Positions 46,807 through 56,797 of a DNA stretch of 64,000 nt are shown here, piece after piece. A model generated the notes under the pieces. That model did not search any database. It saw only the letters and a program-made list of their open reading frames with translations, and was not told the origin of the DNA. This stretch comes from a virus. Location: the IMG/VR virus record IMGVR_UViG_3300042863_002274. The stretch is one strand, 5' to 3'. The position numbers and the translations under genes were made by a program. Within the stretch, counting starts at the first letter, position 1, and each line of letters opens with the position of its first letter.

Positions 46807-47055
46807 ATGAGTAACACAAAATTCACCAACACCACTTATCGCGAATGGGAAACTGGCAAATACAAACTAGGCCCCATCCCAGAGTCGTCAGAAAAACAAA
46901 TTGAATTACTGGAGCATGCCATTTATGAAATGTTTGAATGGCTCATGGAGGAACTCGACTACGACAATCCAGGCAGTGTTTCCGACCGCCTATCTGACCA
47001 AGTGAACAAGATTGCCCATAGGGCATACGAAAGAGGATGCGAGCTTAAAGGGTAA
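46807..47055 (+). CDS. Hypothetical protein
   Basis: 82 aa ORF. Confidence 0.55.
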   Translation: MSNTKFTNTTYREWETGKYKLGPIPESSEKQIELLEHAIYEMFEWLMEELDYDNPGSVSDRLSDQVNKIAHRAYERGCELKG

Positions 47056-47061
47056 TAAATC

Positions 47062-47138
47062 GGGCCCTTAGCTCAGTTGGTTAGAGCGCCGGACTCATAA
47101 TCCGTCAGTCCTGGGTTCAAGTCCCAGAGGGCCCACCA
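47062..47138 (+). tRNA. tRNA with CAU anticodon, Ile2-like (possibly Met)
   Basis: GGGCCCTTAGCTCAGTTGGTTAGAGC...CTCATAA...GGTTCAAGTCC...GGGCCCACCA. The body resembles bacterial tRNA-Ile2. Confidence 0.9.
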
Positions 47139-47344
47139 AACAGAAAGTAAAAACATGAAATCCGAAAAACCGATTAACGTCACCATAGCTAACGTCGTGT
47201 CTTGGTATGAAGAATCTGAATCCTGCATACTTCATAATCATGCTCAGCGAATTCCAGTCACCAGGATTGAAGACAAAGATATTGTTCAATCCATAATTGA
47301 CAGTGTTTATTCTTAAAAATTATTAATAGGAGAAAAGTGAAGAC

Positions 47345-47539
47345 ATGGACGAACAGTACACAAAAGAAGACTTATTTGACGATATGGAACATCTTCGAAA
47401 AGCAAACTTGATTGAAATAAAAGGCATGAACGAAGACGGAGAATGGCTGTGGGGACCAACTGCCGAAAGTCTAAATATGTCAGAAGAACATATAATGAAA
47501 ATAATCGATGGTTGGATTGAAGAAGAAGATGACAAATAG
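47345..47539 (+). CDS. Hypothetical acidic protein
   Basis: 64 aa ORF with AGGAG upstream. Confidence 0.55.
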   Translation: MDEQYTKEDLFDDMEHLRKANLIEIKGMNEDGEWLWGPTAESLNMSEEHIMKIIDGWIEEEDDK

Positions 47540-47731
47540 TCCAGTTTACGCATACTCCTTTCCTCCAGATAATCCGTCTTTCTGCTATCTACTGTGCTCA
47601 ACTGCAGAGGTGGACGCATGGGAGGTTGTTGGCACACTTGACCGACAAATAGCACAACTTGTTGTTACCTCACTAAATCATGCGACCAACGAGCGAACAA
47701 GAAATACCAATCAGACACAGGAACTGAGCTA

Positions 47732-48790
47732 ATGAAGGGTTTAATTTTATCTGGCGGCTCTGGAACGAGACTTAGGCCAATAACACACACGAGCGCAAAA
47801 CAGTTAGTCCCCATTGCCAATAAGCCGATACTTTTTTACGGCATAGAAGACATGGTTAATGCTGGAATAACCGACATTGCAATCATTGTTGGCTCTACGG
47901 CGAACGAAGTAATTGAGGCCGTTGGGGACGGTTCGGCTTTTGGTGCAAAAATAACTTACATAACTCAGGGCGCTCCGCTTGGCTTGGCTCATTGCGTATA
48001 CATCGCTTCAGATTTTCTAGGTGAAGATAATTTCGTCATGTATCTAGGAGATAACATGATTGAGTCCAGTCTTACCTCTTTTGTACTTGACGGTATGGCC
48101 GGTTTCGACGCAAAACTTCTTCTGAAAGAAGTCGAAGACGCTAGCCAGTTCGGAGTTGCTGAAATAGGTGATGACGGCCGAATAAAAACATTGGTAGAAA
48201 AACCAGCCAACCCAAAATCCAATTTGGCGCTAGTTGGTGTTTACATGTTTTCAAAAGAAATACATCAAAGCATCAAAAGAATAAAAGCTTCACCGCGAGG
48301 CGAACTTGAAATAACGGACGCGATACAAAACTTAATAGATTCTGGCAGCAGAGTGGCTTACGAGATACTCGATGGCTGGTGGATTGATACTGGCAAAAAA
48401 GACCCTCTTCTTGAGTGCAATAGGCTCGTTCTTGACGCTATCGAACGAGACATATACGACAACCCTCTTAACTCTTTTACGGCAGACGGAAAAGTAAAAA
48501 TAGGAAAGTCTCAGATATACAATTCCAGAATTATTGGGCCGGTATCTATAGCGGATAATGTAATAATTTCCGATTCGTATATCGGACCATACACATCCAT
48601 AGGCCCTGACTGCGTTGTGAGAAATTCAGAAATTCAAAACTCCGTTCTTCTTAAAGGAAGCACAGTCACAGATATTGCAAGAATGAGCGACTCTCTAGTA
48701 GGACGTTCGGCTATTGTAAAACAATCAGAACAAAAACCGTCAGCACTGAAACTGATGATAAGTGACTACAGCGTAGTAGAGGTAGAGTAA
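47732..48790 (+). CDS. rmlA: Glucose-1-phosphate thymidylyltransferase (long form)
   Basis: GGSGTRLRPITHTSAKQLVPIANKP, YLGDN, EKP, RGELEITDA, WIDTG. Confidence 0.95.
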   Translation: MKGLILSGGSGTRLRPITHTSAKQLVPIANKPILFYGIEDMVNAGITDIAIIVGSTANEVIEAVGDGSAFGAKITYITQGAPLGLAHCVYIASDFLGEDNFVMYLGDNMIESSLTSFVLDGMAGFDAKLLLKEVEDASQFGVAEIGDDGRIKTLVEKPANPKSNLALVGVYMFSKEIHQSIKRIKASPRGELEITDAIQNLIDSGSRVAYEILDGWWIDTGKKDPLLECNRLVLDAIERDIYDNPLNSFTADGKVKIGKSQIYNSRIIGPVSIADNVIISDSYIGPYTSIGPDCVVRNSEIQNSVLLKGSTVTDIARMSDSLVGRSAIVKQSEQKPSALKLMISDYSVVEVE

Positions 48791-49356
48791 TGCCAAAATT
48801 TGAAGAGTGTACGGAAATAAAAGACGTATTAATAGTTCATCCCGACAAGCACGGAGACGAGCGTGGGTACTTCGTAGAGACATACAGGAGAAACTGGTTC
48901 CCTCTGGGTCGAGAAATGGTTCAAGGCAACAGGGGAGACAGAAAAGCTGGCTGCCTAGTAGGTCTTCATTATCATTTACATCAAGCAGATTATTGGTACG
49001 TACCCTTTGGTGCGTGTTTGGTTATTCTTCACGACATTAGAGAAGGTTCCCCCACTTACGGCAATACCTACACGACACGGCTTGGAATGGTGGACGAGAA
49101 CACCCACGACCACCGCGGCCTATTCATTCCGCCCGGCGTGGCACATGGGTTTTACTCAGTAACAGACATGACTATCACCTATATGGTTGATAACTACTAC
49201 AACAAAAACGACGAGTTGGGAATACTCTGGAACGACCCAGGCATACATATCGCCGATGCTATTGAAAATCCCACCGTTTCCGATAGGGATAAAAACAATC
49301 CGCTGATATTAGACATCCCGGCCGGGCTAAAACCAATTTACGACTCAAGGACATAA
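48790..49356 (+). CDS. rmlC: dTDP-4-dehydrorhamnose 3,5-epimerase
   Basis: DERGYFVETY, GLHYH, IPPGVAHGF, WNDP, SDRD. Confidence 0.93.
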   Translation: MPKFEECTEIKDVLIVHPDKHGDERGYFVETYRRNWFPLGREMVQGNRGDRKAGCLVGLHYHLHQADYWYVPFGACLVILHDIREGSPTYGNTYTTRLGMVDENTHDHRGLFIPPGVAHGFYSVTDMTITYMVDNYYNKNDELGILWNDPGIHIADAIENPTVSDRDKNNPLILDIPAGLKPIYDSRT

Positions 49357-49357
49357 C

Positions 49358-50317
49358 GTGAAGCACTTTGTAACCGGTGGAGCTGGGTTTATAGGCTCCA
49401 ACTATGTTCGCTACGTACTAAACAATACAGACGACGAAGTAACAGTTTACGACATGCTGACTTACGCAGGATTATTGACGACGATGAGCGACTTCATAGA
49501 TTCTCCACGTGTCCACTTTGCGTACGGAGACGTTTGCGACAAAGAATCTCTCCTTGCAGCCATGAAGGGGGCTGACTACGTAGTCCATTTTGCTGCAGAG
49601 ACCCATGTTGATAGGTCAATACTTCTTTCCGATGATTTCGTACGTACCAACTGCACTGGAACCGATTCCGTAATGAACATAGCGCAACATATAGGCGTAA
49701 AAAAGGTTGTACACATCGGAACTGACGAGGTTTACGGCTCCGTTGAGACTGGTTCGTCTTTAGAGACCGACCCACTAGAACCACGTTCCCCTTACTCGGC
49801 ATCCAAGGCGGGCTCAGACCTAATAGCGCTGTCTCACTTCCACACACACGGCCTACCGGTCTCGGTTACTAGGTGTACGAACAATTTCGGGCCATATCAG
49901 TTTCCAGAAAAAGCAATACCGCTATTTGTCACAAACATATTTCAAAACAAAAAAATACCTCTATATGGAGACGGTCTCAACGAAAGAGACTGGATTGACG
50001 TTCTTGACCACTGCGCTGCTGTACACAAAGTTCTTACACATGGTGAAAGTGGACAAATTTATAACATAGGCGCTGGCAACGGTACGTCAAATATAGACCT
50101 CGTAGGAATGATTCTTCGATACTTTGAGCAAGACCCCGCCGAGTGGATTGAGCGCGTTCAGGACAGAAAAGGACACGACAGACGTTATTCAGTAGACGTA
50201 AGTAAAATTACAAATCTTGGCTGGAAGCCTCTCCACAATATCGAAGACTCTCTTAGCTACACGATTGACTGGTATCGGTCTAATCGTTGGTGGTGGGAAC
50301 CCCTCAAGGATGCATAA
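49358..50317 (+). CDS. rmlB: dTDP-glucose 4,6-dehydratase
   Basis: TGGAGFIGS, HFAAETHVDRS, TDEVYG, YSASK, NNFGPYQFPEK, GHDRRY. Confidence 0.95.
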   Translation: MKHFVTGGAGFIGSNYVRYVLNNTDDEVTVYDMLTYAGLLTTMSDFIDSPRVHFAYGDVCDKESLLAAMKGADYVVHFAAETHVDRSILLSDDFVRTNCTGTDSVMNIAQHIGVKKVVHIGTDEVYGSVETGSSLETDPLEPRSPYSASKAGSDLIALSHFHTHGLPVSVTRCTNNFGPYQFPEKAIPLFVTNIFQNKKIPLYGDGLNERDWIDVLDHCAAVHKVLTHGESGQIYNIGAGNGTSNIDLVGMILRYFEQDPAEWIERVQDRKGHDRRYSVDVSKITNLGWKPLHNIEDSLSYTIDWYRSNRWWWEPLKDA

Positions 50318-51155
50318 GGTTCTCGTAACTGGAGCTGGCGGACAGCTTGGCTTAGAAATAGTAGAACGCAGCATTGAGCACGGATACGAAACTGTCGCGC
50401 TTGACAAACGAGGACTCAACGTCAGCAATCAACAAGACGTAATTGATTCGATAAGAAAACACCAGCCAACACACATCATTCACTGTGCAGCATGGACAGC
50501 CGTGGATGAGTGCGAGAAGCATCAAGTCAAGGCGGAGTCAATAAACGCTGACGGCACTAGGTTCATAGTGCAAGCTGCTGCACAAGTAGGCGCACACGTA
50601 ACGTATATCTCAACGGACTATGTTTTTGACGGAAATAAAAAATCGCCTTACGAAGAAAACGATTCGCCTTCCCCTATCTCCACATACGGCTTAACAAAGC
50701 TTCAAGGAGAAACATGCATGAGGCCTACAGACTCGGTCATACGTGTGTCTTGGGTAAACGGCAAGAACGGTTCAAACATGGTCAAGACCATTCTTCGAAT
50801 AGCGGAAGGCTCTTCGGAATTATCTTTTGTCGACGACCAGATTGGTCACCCTACATTTGCAGACGATGCTTCATTACGCATACTTGAAATGTCGATTTCT
50901 AATTCTCCCGGTATTTGGCACGTGACGAATCAAGGACAAACGTCTTGGTGCGATTTCGCAAAGAATGTACTAGATTTCGCCGGCATCAGCACCCCCGTGA
51001 AACCCGTAAAAACTGAAGACATCCGCAGCCAAAGGCCAGCTCATCGACCACTCAACTCTGTTCTAAGAAATAAAAGAATGGAAGATGAAAAAATAACATT
51101 GCTCGACCATCATCTTGTTCCGATGGAGCGACTTGTTAGGAAACTTTTGTCTTAA
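50310..51155 (+). CDS. rmlD: dTDP-4-dehydrorhamnose reductase
   Basis: TGAGGQLG, AAWTAVD, STDYVFDG, YGLTK, DQIGHPT. Start is the ATG at 50310, overlapping the end of rmlB. Confidence 0.94.
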   Translation: MHKVLVTGAGGQLGLEIVERSIEHGYETVALDKRGLNVSNQQDVIDSIRKHQPTHIIHCAAWTAVDECEKHQVKAESINADGTRFIVQAAAQVGAHVTYISTDYVFDGNKKSPYEENDSPSPISTYGLTKLQGETCMRPTDSVIRVSWVNGKNGSNMVKTILRIAEGSSELSFVDDQIGHPTFADDASLRILEMSISNSPGIWHVTNQGQTSWCDFAKNVLDFAGISTPVKPVKTEDIRSQRPAHRPLNSVLRNKRMEDEKITLLDHHLVPMERLVRKLLS

Positions 51156-52267
51156 CTACCGGAAGTTGCTTTCCAGTGACCTATCCCGCCGTTATCAAAC
51201 AGATAACGAGCAACTTTTAGATTGCACTTAGAGTCAAGCAGTGCATCAATGTTTTTGACACCACATACGTTCTTTGTAACTGTCCGCCATGAAGAGTTGA
51301 TTTGTAATAAACCGTAATCTCGCGTGCCATTTGAGTTCTTCTTCGAAATTACTTTTTCTTGGCAGCGGCTTTCACGCCACATTATTTGCGAGAACTTCTT
51401 TACCGGAACAAGCCCTTGCGCTTTCAGTTTACTTTCCCACTGAGGGCAACTTTTGACTACCGATACACCCACAGAAGATTTACTAACTCCAGCAGTAGTT
51501 ACCTGCTTGGGAGATTTCTTTACCTTGGGAACACCCGAAGTTGAAAGTTTCTTTTTCTTTAAGTAATGAACGTGAGCTTGTCTGGTCTTTGGACCATACA
51601 CACTGTCGACCTTGAGATTAAGAAACATCTGCAAGTCATGAACGGCTTTACTACTTTCGTTAAATTTAAAAGAGAACAAAAGAACATCTTTAAAATTCTC
51701 GTAGTAGAAGAACTTTGGCTTACTCATCCTGTACTTACCCGTGGATTGAGATTTGTAACAACCCCATCCTCCGAGACCTACTGGCTTTTGGTCCCATAAA
51801 TACACGGCAGGAATTCCCTGACGACGAGCCCAATCTGGGTCACGATGAACGACCTGCTTATAACCTTCGACAGAAATGCGGTTAGCCACGATTATCTGCT
51901 CTTCGCGAGTCGCCTTGTCTGGAGAAGAAGCGAACTGTTCGCCACCGTAACGCTCCCAAGTGCCCATCGACCCCTTCGGGAAACGACTGCTGGTCATTAT
52001 TCCTAAGCCGCCAGCCCAACGGCCACCATTGGACCAATCGTTCGCAGTTTCACACTGCGCCAACTTTATCCAAAAAGAATCTGGGGCAAAAGCGTGCTCT
52101 CTCGCTACAGCAGAAGCTCTAATAGATTCTGGTGTAGCTACCGACTGAATCGTCACATGTTGTTCTACCGGTACCTCCTCTTCTGGAGAGGAGGAGGCGC
52201 GAGCTTCAAAAGCTGGCCCCAAAAGTAAAGCAGACAATGCAAAAATAATCAGTCGGTGTGGTTTCAC
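51152..52267 (-). CDS. Secreted muralytic enzyme: Rpf domain, peptidoglycan-binding-like segment and SLT/lysozyme-like domain
   Basis: Signal peptide; WIKLAQCET...GGLGI...TWERYGG...ATREEQI (Rpf); LQMFL..VDSVYGPKT; IMWRESRC...NGTRDYGLLQIN (SLT). Confidence 0.85.
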   Translation of the reverse strand: MKPHRLIIFALSALLLGPAFEARASSSPEEEVPVEQHVTIQSVATPESIRASAVAREHAFAPDSFWIKLAQCETANDWSNGGRWAGGLGIMTSSRFPKGSMGTWERYGGEQFASSPDKATREEQIIVANRISVEGYKQVVHRDPDWARRQGIPAVYLWDQKPVGLGGWGCYKSQSTGKYRMSKPKFFYYENFKDVLLFSFKFNESSKAVHDLQMFLNLKVDSVYGPKTRQAHVHYLKKKKLSTSGVPKVKKSPKQVTTAGVSKSSVGVSVVKSCPQWESKLKAQGLVPVKKFSQIMWRESRCQEKVISKKNSNGTRDYGLLQINSSWRTVTKNVCGVKNIDALLDSKCNLKVARYLFDNGGIGHWKATSGS

Positions 52268-52684
52268 GATTTGTGCTCCTGTGTTAGGTGGATACAGCAG
52301 GCCCTGTTAGTAGTGGGCTCATTATCGGTAGTAGTTAATTCTACCATCTACACACCCTACCCCCGGAACGCCCCCGACGCAAGCCACCCCGCGGGTAACT
52401 CCATTGAATAGAAAAGTAAGGAACCAACGCGATTTTTTTTCTGAGACCCTCTTTTTGGATAAATTTATCCTAATGCGGTCCAGGACCTCAAAATTTGTGG
52501 GGGTGCCCTATATTTGGGCTGGGGGAAAATCCGTGCGCCCCTTTTCTAGCATCACGGCCTTCCACGTACTAGACGCGGCTTCAGGGGCTCAGGATTGCTT
52601 ACAGGAGGCTTTCAGAGGCCCTGAGCGTTACCTGTAAGGGCAAAGACAAGCAAAAGCACCACAATGCAAAGAACAACAAAGTAG

Positions 52685-52885
52685 TCACTCAAAAAAATAA
52701 CCATCCTTGTAACAAGAATAGTGCCAGTGACGGCCTCTTGTGTCTTTGGACATATGCCTAGAGGGGCCAAAACGACCACAGCCTGTGCACTTTTCCTCGG
52801 AGAAAAACTGCCCCAAAAAGACCGAAAATGCACCCAACCCCAACAAAAAAATAAAAAAAGCAAGAAACAAATCAGATAATTCCAT
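52685..52885 (-). CDS. Small membrane protein with CxxC
   Basis: Hydrophobic N-terminus and CTGCG. Confidence 0.5.
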   Translation of the reverse strand: MELSDLFLAFFIFLLGLGAFSVFLGQFFSEEKCTGCGRFGPSRHMSKDTRGRHWHYSCYKDGYFFE

Positions 52886-52890
52886 AATAT

Positions 52891-53157
52891 CTAGCTTTCC
52901 TCAATGCTTTTCAGCACCCGAGCATTCATCTCTTCCCATAAACCCTGGACATGCACATGGGTCAGAGGGGAGACTTCGCTCTTGTGGAAAGGGTCCATTT
53001 CCGTGGCACGAATCTCAGAGGCAATACTTGGCCGGAATTCCCACAAACAGTTAAAATACGTCTGCCCATAACGAATCGTCGAATCCTCCGCAGAAAGCTG
53101 CTTGTGCTCTCGTGCGACAAAAAGAAGGAACTCGTCATAGTTGTAGATGGTGCTCAT
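52891..53157 (-). CDS. Conserved phage protein (RxGQxYFN...DPF)
   Basis: RYGQTYFNCL...DPFH, with TAGCCT-N6-ATG start. Confidence 0.7.
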   Translation of the reverse strand: MSTIYNYDEFLLFVAREHKQLSAEDSTIRYGQTYFNCLWEFRPSIASEIRATEMDPFHKSEVSPLTHVHVQGLWEEMNARVLKSIEES

Positions 53158-53342
53158 GGGACAAGGCTACACAGACAGGCTGCCACACGCAAGCAGATTG
53201 GATAAATTTAAGTAAAAAAAGATGAAGCATAAATTTTGATTTATAGCTGGCCCCCGGTATTCGGGCCTCGGTCGAAAGCTCGCGGGGCTATACCCCCACC
53301 CCCCCCTTTACTATGTACCACCCCTCGTGTACTGTCCTTCAC

Positions 53343-53576
53343 ATGAACACCATCACCCCATCACTAATAGACCATCTACTCACCTCACACATCACTGACC
53401 TAGCATCAGAGGGGACAGTCACCTACATCAATGCCATAGGTAACATCGTGGAGGTGTGGATGTCAGTAACTACATCAGGTGAGACGCATCGCATCATTAG
53501 GCGTATCCCCTGTACATCACCTCAACAGGCATCTAGTATCGCACGCCTATCTAAGGCTGTATGGTACAAGGCATGA
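53343..53576 (+). CDS. Hypothetical early protein
   Basis: TACTGT-N7-ATG start. Confidence 0.55.
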   Translation: MNTITPSLIDHLLTSHITDLASEGTVTYINAIGNIVEVWMSVTTSGETHRIIRRIPCTSPQQASSIARLSKAVWYKA

Positions 53577-53746
53577 ACACATACCGAATCACCGTCACAG
53601 TAGGTCAGCGCAGTGACCTTGACATACCATCATCAGTAGATGAGGCACTATCTCTAGTGCGTAACCTTCTCAGTCAAGGAGACATGCTCGAAGTGTTATC
53701 AGTAGAGCCCCAAGACAAACAGACCAAAGAAATCAAGTGGGGATAG
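53573..53746 (+). CDS. Hypothetical protein
   Basis: ATGA overlap with the upstream gene. Confidence 0.5.
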   Translation: MNTYRITVTVGQRSDLDIPSSVDEALSLVRNLLSQGDMLEVLSVEPQDKQTKEIKWG

Positions 53747-53782
53747 CTACCCCTCTCGTTAGTGGAGTGATACTCTGCGCAG

Positions 53783-54148
53783 ATGCCCGGCATCTACATA
53801 CCGTCACATAGTGTCCATCAGGCTATTCGTGTGTCACGCATCGTCGATGACTACCTAACAGACGATGAGAACCTCGAACAGATGCTCGTTGCCTCTTTGT
53901 TCATGTCAAAAGTATTTCAGGCATTGCGTGAAGCGAAGGTGAACACGCAGAGTGCCACGGGTAGTGAGGCAAACCTCTACTCCCTCATGGTAGAGGCAGA
54001 GACAGAGGCAGGTTGCTATCACTCACCTGCCAGTATGGACATGCTCAACAGGTGGCATAGGTACAAGGTCGAGAGAGAACAGACACGACGCAGACGATAC
54101 TGCTATGCCATCTTCTACCGAATGACATCAGGCAACATTATTTCTTGA
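53783..54148 (+). CDS. Hypothetical protein
   Basis: TACTCT-N6-ATG start. Confidence 0.6.
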   Translation: MPGIYIPSHSVHQAIRVSRIVDDYLTDDENLEQMLVASLFMSKVFQALREAKVNTQSATGSEANLYSLMVEAETEAGCYHSPASMDMLNRWHRYKVEREQTRRRRYCYAIFYRMTSGNIIS

Positions 54149-54221
54149 CCTTCTTGATGATTGCCTAAGAGGCCACGGGTACCCTACGGGAGTCTGTACT
54201 CATGGTGGTACCATGCTCTAC

Positions 54222-54674
54222 ATGAACCAACCCAACACACCTACCCGATACGCAACCTGCTCAGCATGTGCTCAACAGGTCATCTGTACTCAACAAGACA
54301 GTTATCCCGATGATGGTTGGGTCTTACCCTTCGACACCTTTGGTTACTATGGTGGCTTTTGTGACAACCTCGATGTGCTCTCAGGCAGAGTTCGTTCTCG
54401 TGAATGGATTATGTGTCATGACTGCGTTGCCAAGTTTCTCACCACGTTCCCTTTGCTCGCTCAGACAGTTGGTCAGAACTGTCATCCGAACAGTGACGTC
54501 ATCCCTTGCTGTACGCACGCTTGGCAGAGCACTGAACTCTTTGGACAGAACGTTCATGGCGTTCACTCTCGTACAGCATGGCCTGATGGAGCGTGGCACG
54601 ATGACCCTCCACACAACCCCTATGATAGGGCTTCGATAATCATCGAAGAACCAAAGGAAGAAGAACAGTCATGA
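54222..54674 (+). CDS. Cys-rich hypothetical protein
   Basis: TACCAT-N7-ATG start; CSAC, GYYGGFCD, CHDC. Confidence 0.65.
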   Translation: MNQPNTPTRYATCSACAQQVICTQQDSYPDDGWVLPFDTFGYYGGFCDNLDVLSGRVRSREWIMCHDCVAKFLTTFPLLAQTVGQNCHPNSDVIPCCTHAWQSTELFGQNVHGVHSRTAWPDGAWHDDPPHNPYDRASIIIEEPKEEEQS

Positions 54675-54931
54675 CACTCAATCTCGATAGAACAGTAGCC
54701 GACTGGCTTGTATGTGGATGCGGTAACGAACCGGACATTGATGGTTTCTACGCATGTCTGCCATCAGGAGAGATGGTAGAACCCGTTGCTAACGGTTCTT
54801 GGGATGGTCATTCATACCTCTGCTATCGCTGTGGTTGCATCTACGACATCGCGACACTTGACCAAACCGGAGAAGCCACTACCGAAGTAATGCGTGCCAA
54901 CTACTTACGTGGCGATACTGACACAGAGTAG
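54671..54931 (+). CDS. Zinc-ribbon hypothetical protein
   Basis: CGCGN...GFYAC...CYRCG, with ATGA overlap. Confidence 0.65.
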   Translation: MTLNLDRTVADWLVCGCGNEPDIDGFYACLPSGEMVEPVANGSWDGHSYLCYRCGCIYDIATLDQTGEATTEVMRANYLRGDTDTE

Positions 54932-55000
54932 ATAACCGTCACAAACCCGGGGCTCTCACCACCATCACTGCTCTCAATGTGGGGGAGTAAGAGATAATCC

Positions 55001-55029
55001 TTGATAGTTTGTCCTGTGAGTGGTACAGT
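55001..55029 (+). promoter_or_regulatory. SigA-type early promoter
   Basis: TTGATA-17-TACAGT with TGG extension, preceded by GAGATAA. Confidence 0.7.
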
Positions 55030-55062
55030 TCGTAAGTCACCACCAACCGAAAGGGAATCACC

Positions 55063-55386
55063 ATGACAAGCATCATCAACCACCTAGACCGAGTAGAAGC
55101 ACAGGCAACCAACTGGCTTACAGAAAATTATCCGACACTGATTTACAAACTTCTTGCAGGAACGCCATGGGTGTTCACCGCGCTTGGTCTGTATCTCGCA
55201 TCGCTCTCACATCGGAGCCATACCGCCTACGACCTTTTCGCTGGTTTGTTCTTGACCGTCACGGGTACTGTGACGGGAACATTGCTTAGTGTTTGGGCAT
55301 ACGGAGAAATCAAAGGCATGCGCCACAATGCACGACGGACGCACCCTTCGTATCCATACAGTGCGCGTAACTCACAGAGCAAGTAA
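55063..55386 (+). CDS. Membrane protein with two TM segments
   Basis: GAAAGGG RBS and two hydrophobic segments. Confidence 0.65.
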   Translation: MTSIINHLDRVEAQATNWLTENYPTLIYKLLAGTPWVFTALGLYLASLSHRSHTAYDLFAGLFLTVTGTVTGTLLSVWAYGEIKGMRHNARRTHPSYPYSARNSQSK

Positions 55387-55468
55387 ACAAATTCGGTACA
55401 CGACGTAAGCGTCGTGTCGGCACTTACCTATGAGAGTAGATAAGTATCGGCACGGCGCTTTTGCGTTC

Positions 55469-56671
55469 CTATCGGTCTACCTTGATAATGCGTGGGCGCT
55501 CTGTTACTTCGTCTGTGATGTTTCCACCGCGACGATGAGCCTGTATCCATTTTGCACGATGGGTCTTGCGTGATGGGTACCACTGATTACGCCAGTGACC
55601 ACGGACTAAATGAGCAAGCGTTATCTTTGCTCCCGTTCCATCTGTCTCGTCATACAGAGCGCGACGCAATGAAAGTGTGGTGACACTTTTTGCATCACCC
55701 TTACGACCACCACGCGTAGCGCGTCTCCCGAAAGCACGGGGTAGCGCGGTTGTTTCCACATCAACATATTCATCCATCAAGCGAAACAGAGCAACAAGAA
55801 AACGACGCACCTCTCTGCTTCGTTCCCATGACGATTCGTTCAATTCGTTCTCTGAAAAGTTATCTACTCCACTTGCTTTGCGTTCTATTTCCATTCCATC
55901 TTCACCATAGAAAAACGCGTACATGTCCATTAGTCGTAACGGAGCAATGTGTAGTTGTGGAACTTCTACCGTTAGTCCATTGACAGTAGTTGATACGAGA
56001 GTTCCAAAAACACGAACCTGAATAGCGTTGTCTTTTTCTGAGTTCTTAGAAACATTTTTAGCGAAATCATATTCATTACTGTCCTTGCCGAACCGTCTCT
56101 CTATTTCTAAAAGTGCTTCGGGTGTTACGGCGTCCACGTCAGCCCACGCAAACGCTTGCACTTCCCAATTCTCTGTGCCTAAATAATTGCCGTCTTCATT
56201 GGGTTCATTATCGTTGCGTGTTCCGCTTATTATTGCGCCGTACTTTTTCGCAAGCGCAAATACTTCATCAAAATCTTCAACTTTTATGAGTGACTGTACG
56301 GTTTTGTGCAGTGGGGTTTCCATCACAATAAATCCACACGGGGTAAAAATGTCGGTCTCAAATAAAACTTCATCAGGCATTGTTGCTTCTGCTGTCTTGA
56401 CCAACTCACGCAGGTCATCAGTAAGAAACACGGTGTCACCGAGCGCGATGATTGTGTCGTCTAGTGCGCGATGTACCTCATGATGGACTGCGCCTCTTTC
56501 TGCTTCCCTCTTCAATGTTTCACGGGTCACAATAGATGTATCGCTATCTGCCCACATGGCGCGAAAGTATCCGAGGTGCAAGAGCCTGTCCATCGTTGGG
56601 TGGCTCTCTCGGTATTGCAGATAATCGGTATGCAGGCTATGGGCTAGTGATGCTGTAGGTACTTGTCTCAT
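55469..56671 (-). CDS. Conserved phage protein with C-terminal HxVRGHWR motif
   Basis: HLVRGHWRNQWYPS...WIQAHRRG. Leaderless ATG just after the TACATT -10 box. Confidence 0.75.
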   Translation of the reverse strand: MRQVPTASLAHSLHTDYLQYRESHPTMDRLLHLGYFRAMWADSDTSIVTRETLKREAERGAVHHEVHRALDDTIIALGDTVFLTDDLRELVKTAEATMPDEVLFETDIFTPCGFIVMETPLHKTVQSLIKVEDFDEVFALAKKYGAIISGTRNDNEPNEDGNYLGTENWEVQAFAWADVDAVTPEALLEIERRFGKDSNEYDFAKNVSKNSEKDNAIQVRVFGTLVSTTVNGLTVEVPQLHIAPLRLMDMYAFFYGEDGMEIERKASGVDNFSENELNESSWERSREVRRFLVALFRLMDEYVDVETTALPRAFGRRATRGGRKGDAKSVTTLSLRRALYDETDGTGAKITLAHLVRGHWRNQWYPSRKTHRAKWIQAHRRGGNITDEVTERPRIIKVDR

Positions 56672-56677
56672 GCACAC

Positions 56678-56720
56678 AATGTACCATCGCTGGTTCAGAC
56701 TTGCAAAAGTTATCTACTCT
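56678..56720 (-). promoter_or_regulatory. Early promoter with upstream operator
   Basis: AGAGTAGATAAC-TT-TTGCAA-17 nt (GTCTG...TGG)-TACATT. Confidence 0.75.
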
Positions 56721-56797
56721 GTGTACGCGCGTCAAATAATTCCGATTTATCTCTCATCATCCCCATCATGTTCCTGACGTCAGCAGGTTTGAGTGAT

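Noticed and set aside
50217-50309. N-terminal extension of rmlD in the ORF track (likewise 57433-57540 for the DUF932 gene and 25725-25784 for the HNH)
   Set aside because: Homology, RBS position or stop-start coupling point to the downstream ATG starts.
52268-52400. c-di-AMP (ydaO) riboswitch upstream of the Rpf gene
   Set aside because: Only a short hairpin is visible and no recognisable consensus. An Rfam scan would settle it.
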